From contig NW_020846649.1 in assembly GCF_003704095.1 (NCBI RefSeq), positions 248,001-312,000 on the forward strand: 64,000 bases of DNA. Reading direction: 5' to 3'. Source of the stretch: Pocillopora damicornis. Taxonomy: Eukaryota. The notes under the pieces were generated by a model. It was not told the origin of the DNA. It saw only the letters and a program-made list of their open reading frames with translations, and did no database searches. This document shows positions 62,901-64,000 of the stretch, piece by piece (the stretch's first letter is position 1; every line of letters begins with the position of its first letter). The position numbers were made by a program, and so were the translations under genes.

Positions 62901-63182
62901 GGACTCAATGGCTGGAAAGCATCTATTTTTCCAATAAGCCCTAGCAAAAAAAAGATAACAAGTATGAAACAGGTGTTGCCCCCCTAATACAAAGTCTTGC
63001 CTACTCCTGTGGACAGTAACTGATCTTCTTTCAAAATATACCTTTGGAAAGACTGAATACCCCAACTCTCACAGAGTCTGCCTCCTTAGTGTATGACTGT
63101 ACTGGCATAGTGTTGGGATTCTGATGCCCAGCAGGGTTATCAAAACTATCACTTCTGACAATGATGTCTCTCCACTCGGTAG
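59992..63182 (-). CDS. TMEM43: Transmembrane protein 43 (LUMA), 5'-partial
   Basis: Exons 63182-63042 (TEWR...GHQNP), 62940-62822 (GLIGKID...FYHS), 61311-61234 (VGDVRVQFSYAGLSG), 60997-60896 (VSIVARQQG), 60413-60296 (TWILRGVGWVLMFLG), 60200-59992 (SWLPVVRELV...ATSLSLVTIAIGWIAHRP). Motifs match TMEM43 and phases are consistent. Confidence 0.93.
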
Positions 63183-63490
63183 CTGCAAAAAGTAAAGACA
63201 AGAATAAATGTATAAAGGGGGTAAGCTTTTAAGGAAATTGTGGTGCTGCATTGTTGGGAAAGTAAAACAAAATAATTTGGGTCTTATCAATTGAATTAAT
63301 AACGTTAACTGGCCAATGTAAAGAGTTTGAAAATTTGATAAAACTATGTGAAACTATTTTCAGTGGCCAATTTAGATTATCAATCCTGTTGATAAAACTA
63401 AAATTATCTTGAAAGACAAAAATAAGCAGATATAAGGCTTACATGTAACCATTGGGTCATGTCTCTCACAGACAGTTAAAGGTTTGTGTA

Positions 63491-63695
63491 TTAATCCTTT
63501 CACTCCCCAGATCTCATTAGTAATTCTCCTCACTGTCTGCCAAACAATTCTCACTATGTTAGTTTGGAGAATTTGGTATCGGATCAATTAGTAATCCTAT
63601 AATTGATATTTTTCCAGAACTCTCTCCACTTGACTGCATGATATTGTATAGATATAGTAAGGAGAAATTCTATCTTGGTCATTCACGGGAGTTAA
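63491..63695 (+). mobile_element. TTAA-flanked MITE, subfamily A
   Basis: ttaatcctttcactccccagatctcattagtaattctcc ... cacgggagttaa. Confidence 0.75.
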
Positions 63696-64000
63696 CTATG
63701 CAACTTTGAGAGATACTATGTGCCTGACTTTAGTTTGAAAGGACCAGGGTCAAGCCAAGCTGATAAGGTTACTGTGCAGTGTTCTTAGGGAAATACCCTA
63801 TGGTTTCACATTCAAGTGAATTATCTTTATCCTAGGCATGGAGGGGGACTTGACAGGTGGTAATCCCAATTACTTGGAATTTACTCAAGAAAGACTAGGA
63901 TACCATACATGCCATACATGAGGAGTGGAAATATTTTTAGTCACTTGATGCTATGTGATAAGCTTCAGCAGTCCATAACAGGCGACTCAGGATCACATTT

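Overview
AT-rich, intron-rich animal genomic DNA; the repeat families suggest a scleractinian coral or other anthozoan (inference). Seven spliced genes could be rebuilt by hand from GT-AG junctions with consistent phases. In order: HSP90B1/GRP94 (-, 3' end runs off the window); a CRELD gene (+) head-to-head with it; a divergent alpha-tubulin (-); an orphan type-I membrane protein (-); a DUSP6/7-type MAPK phosphatase (+) in a ~24 kb gene-poor domain; RPL29 (+); and TMEM43 (-, 5' end off the window). The main finding is an ER-proteostasis cassette. GRP94 and CRELD share a ~700 bp bidirectional promoter with three ERSE-like elements in opposing orientations. The single CRELD gene can also end either in a 2-TM CRELD1-like tail or, through a terminal exon missing from the ORF track (16309-16412), in an acidic KEEL ER-retrieval tail like CRELD2. 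Other notable items: an alpha-tubulin lacking K40 and the Glu-rich tail; DUSP-RPL29 order matching human DUSP7-RPL29; clustered Pumilio sites in the DUSP 3'UTR; a young fold-back transposon whose 7-bp TSD is confirmed by an adjacent empty-site duplicate; and about 13 TTAA-flanked MITEs. No CRISPR, rRNA or intact tRNA was seen. All calls were made by eye without database searches.
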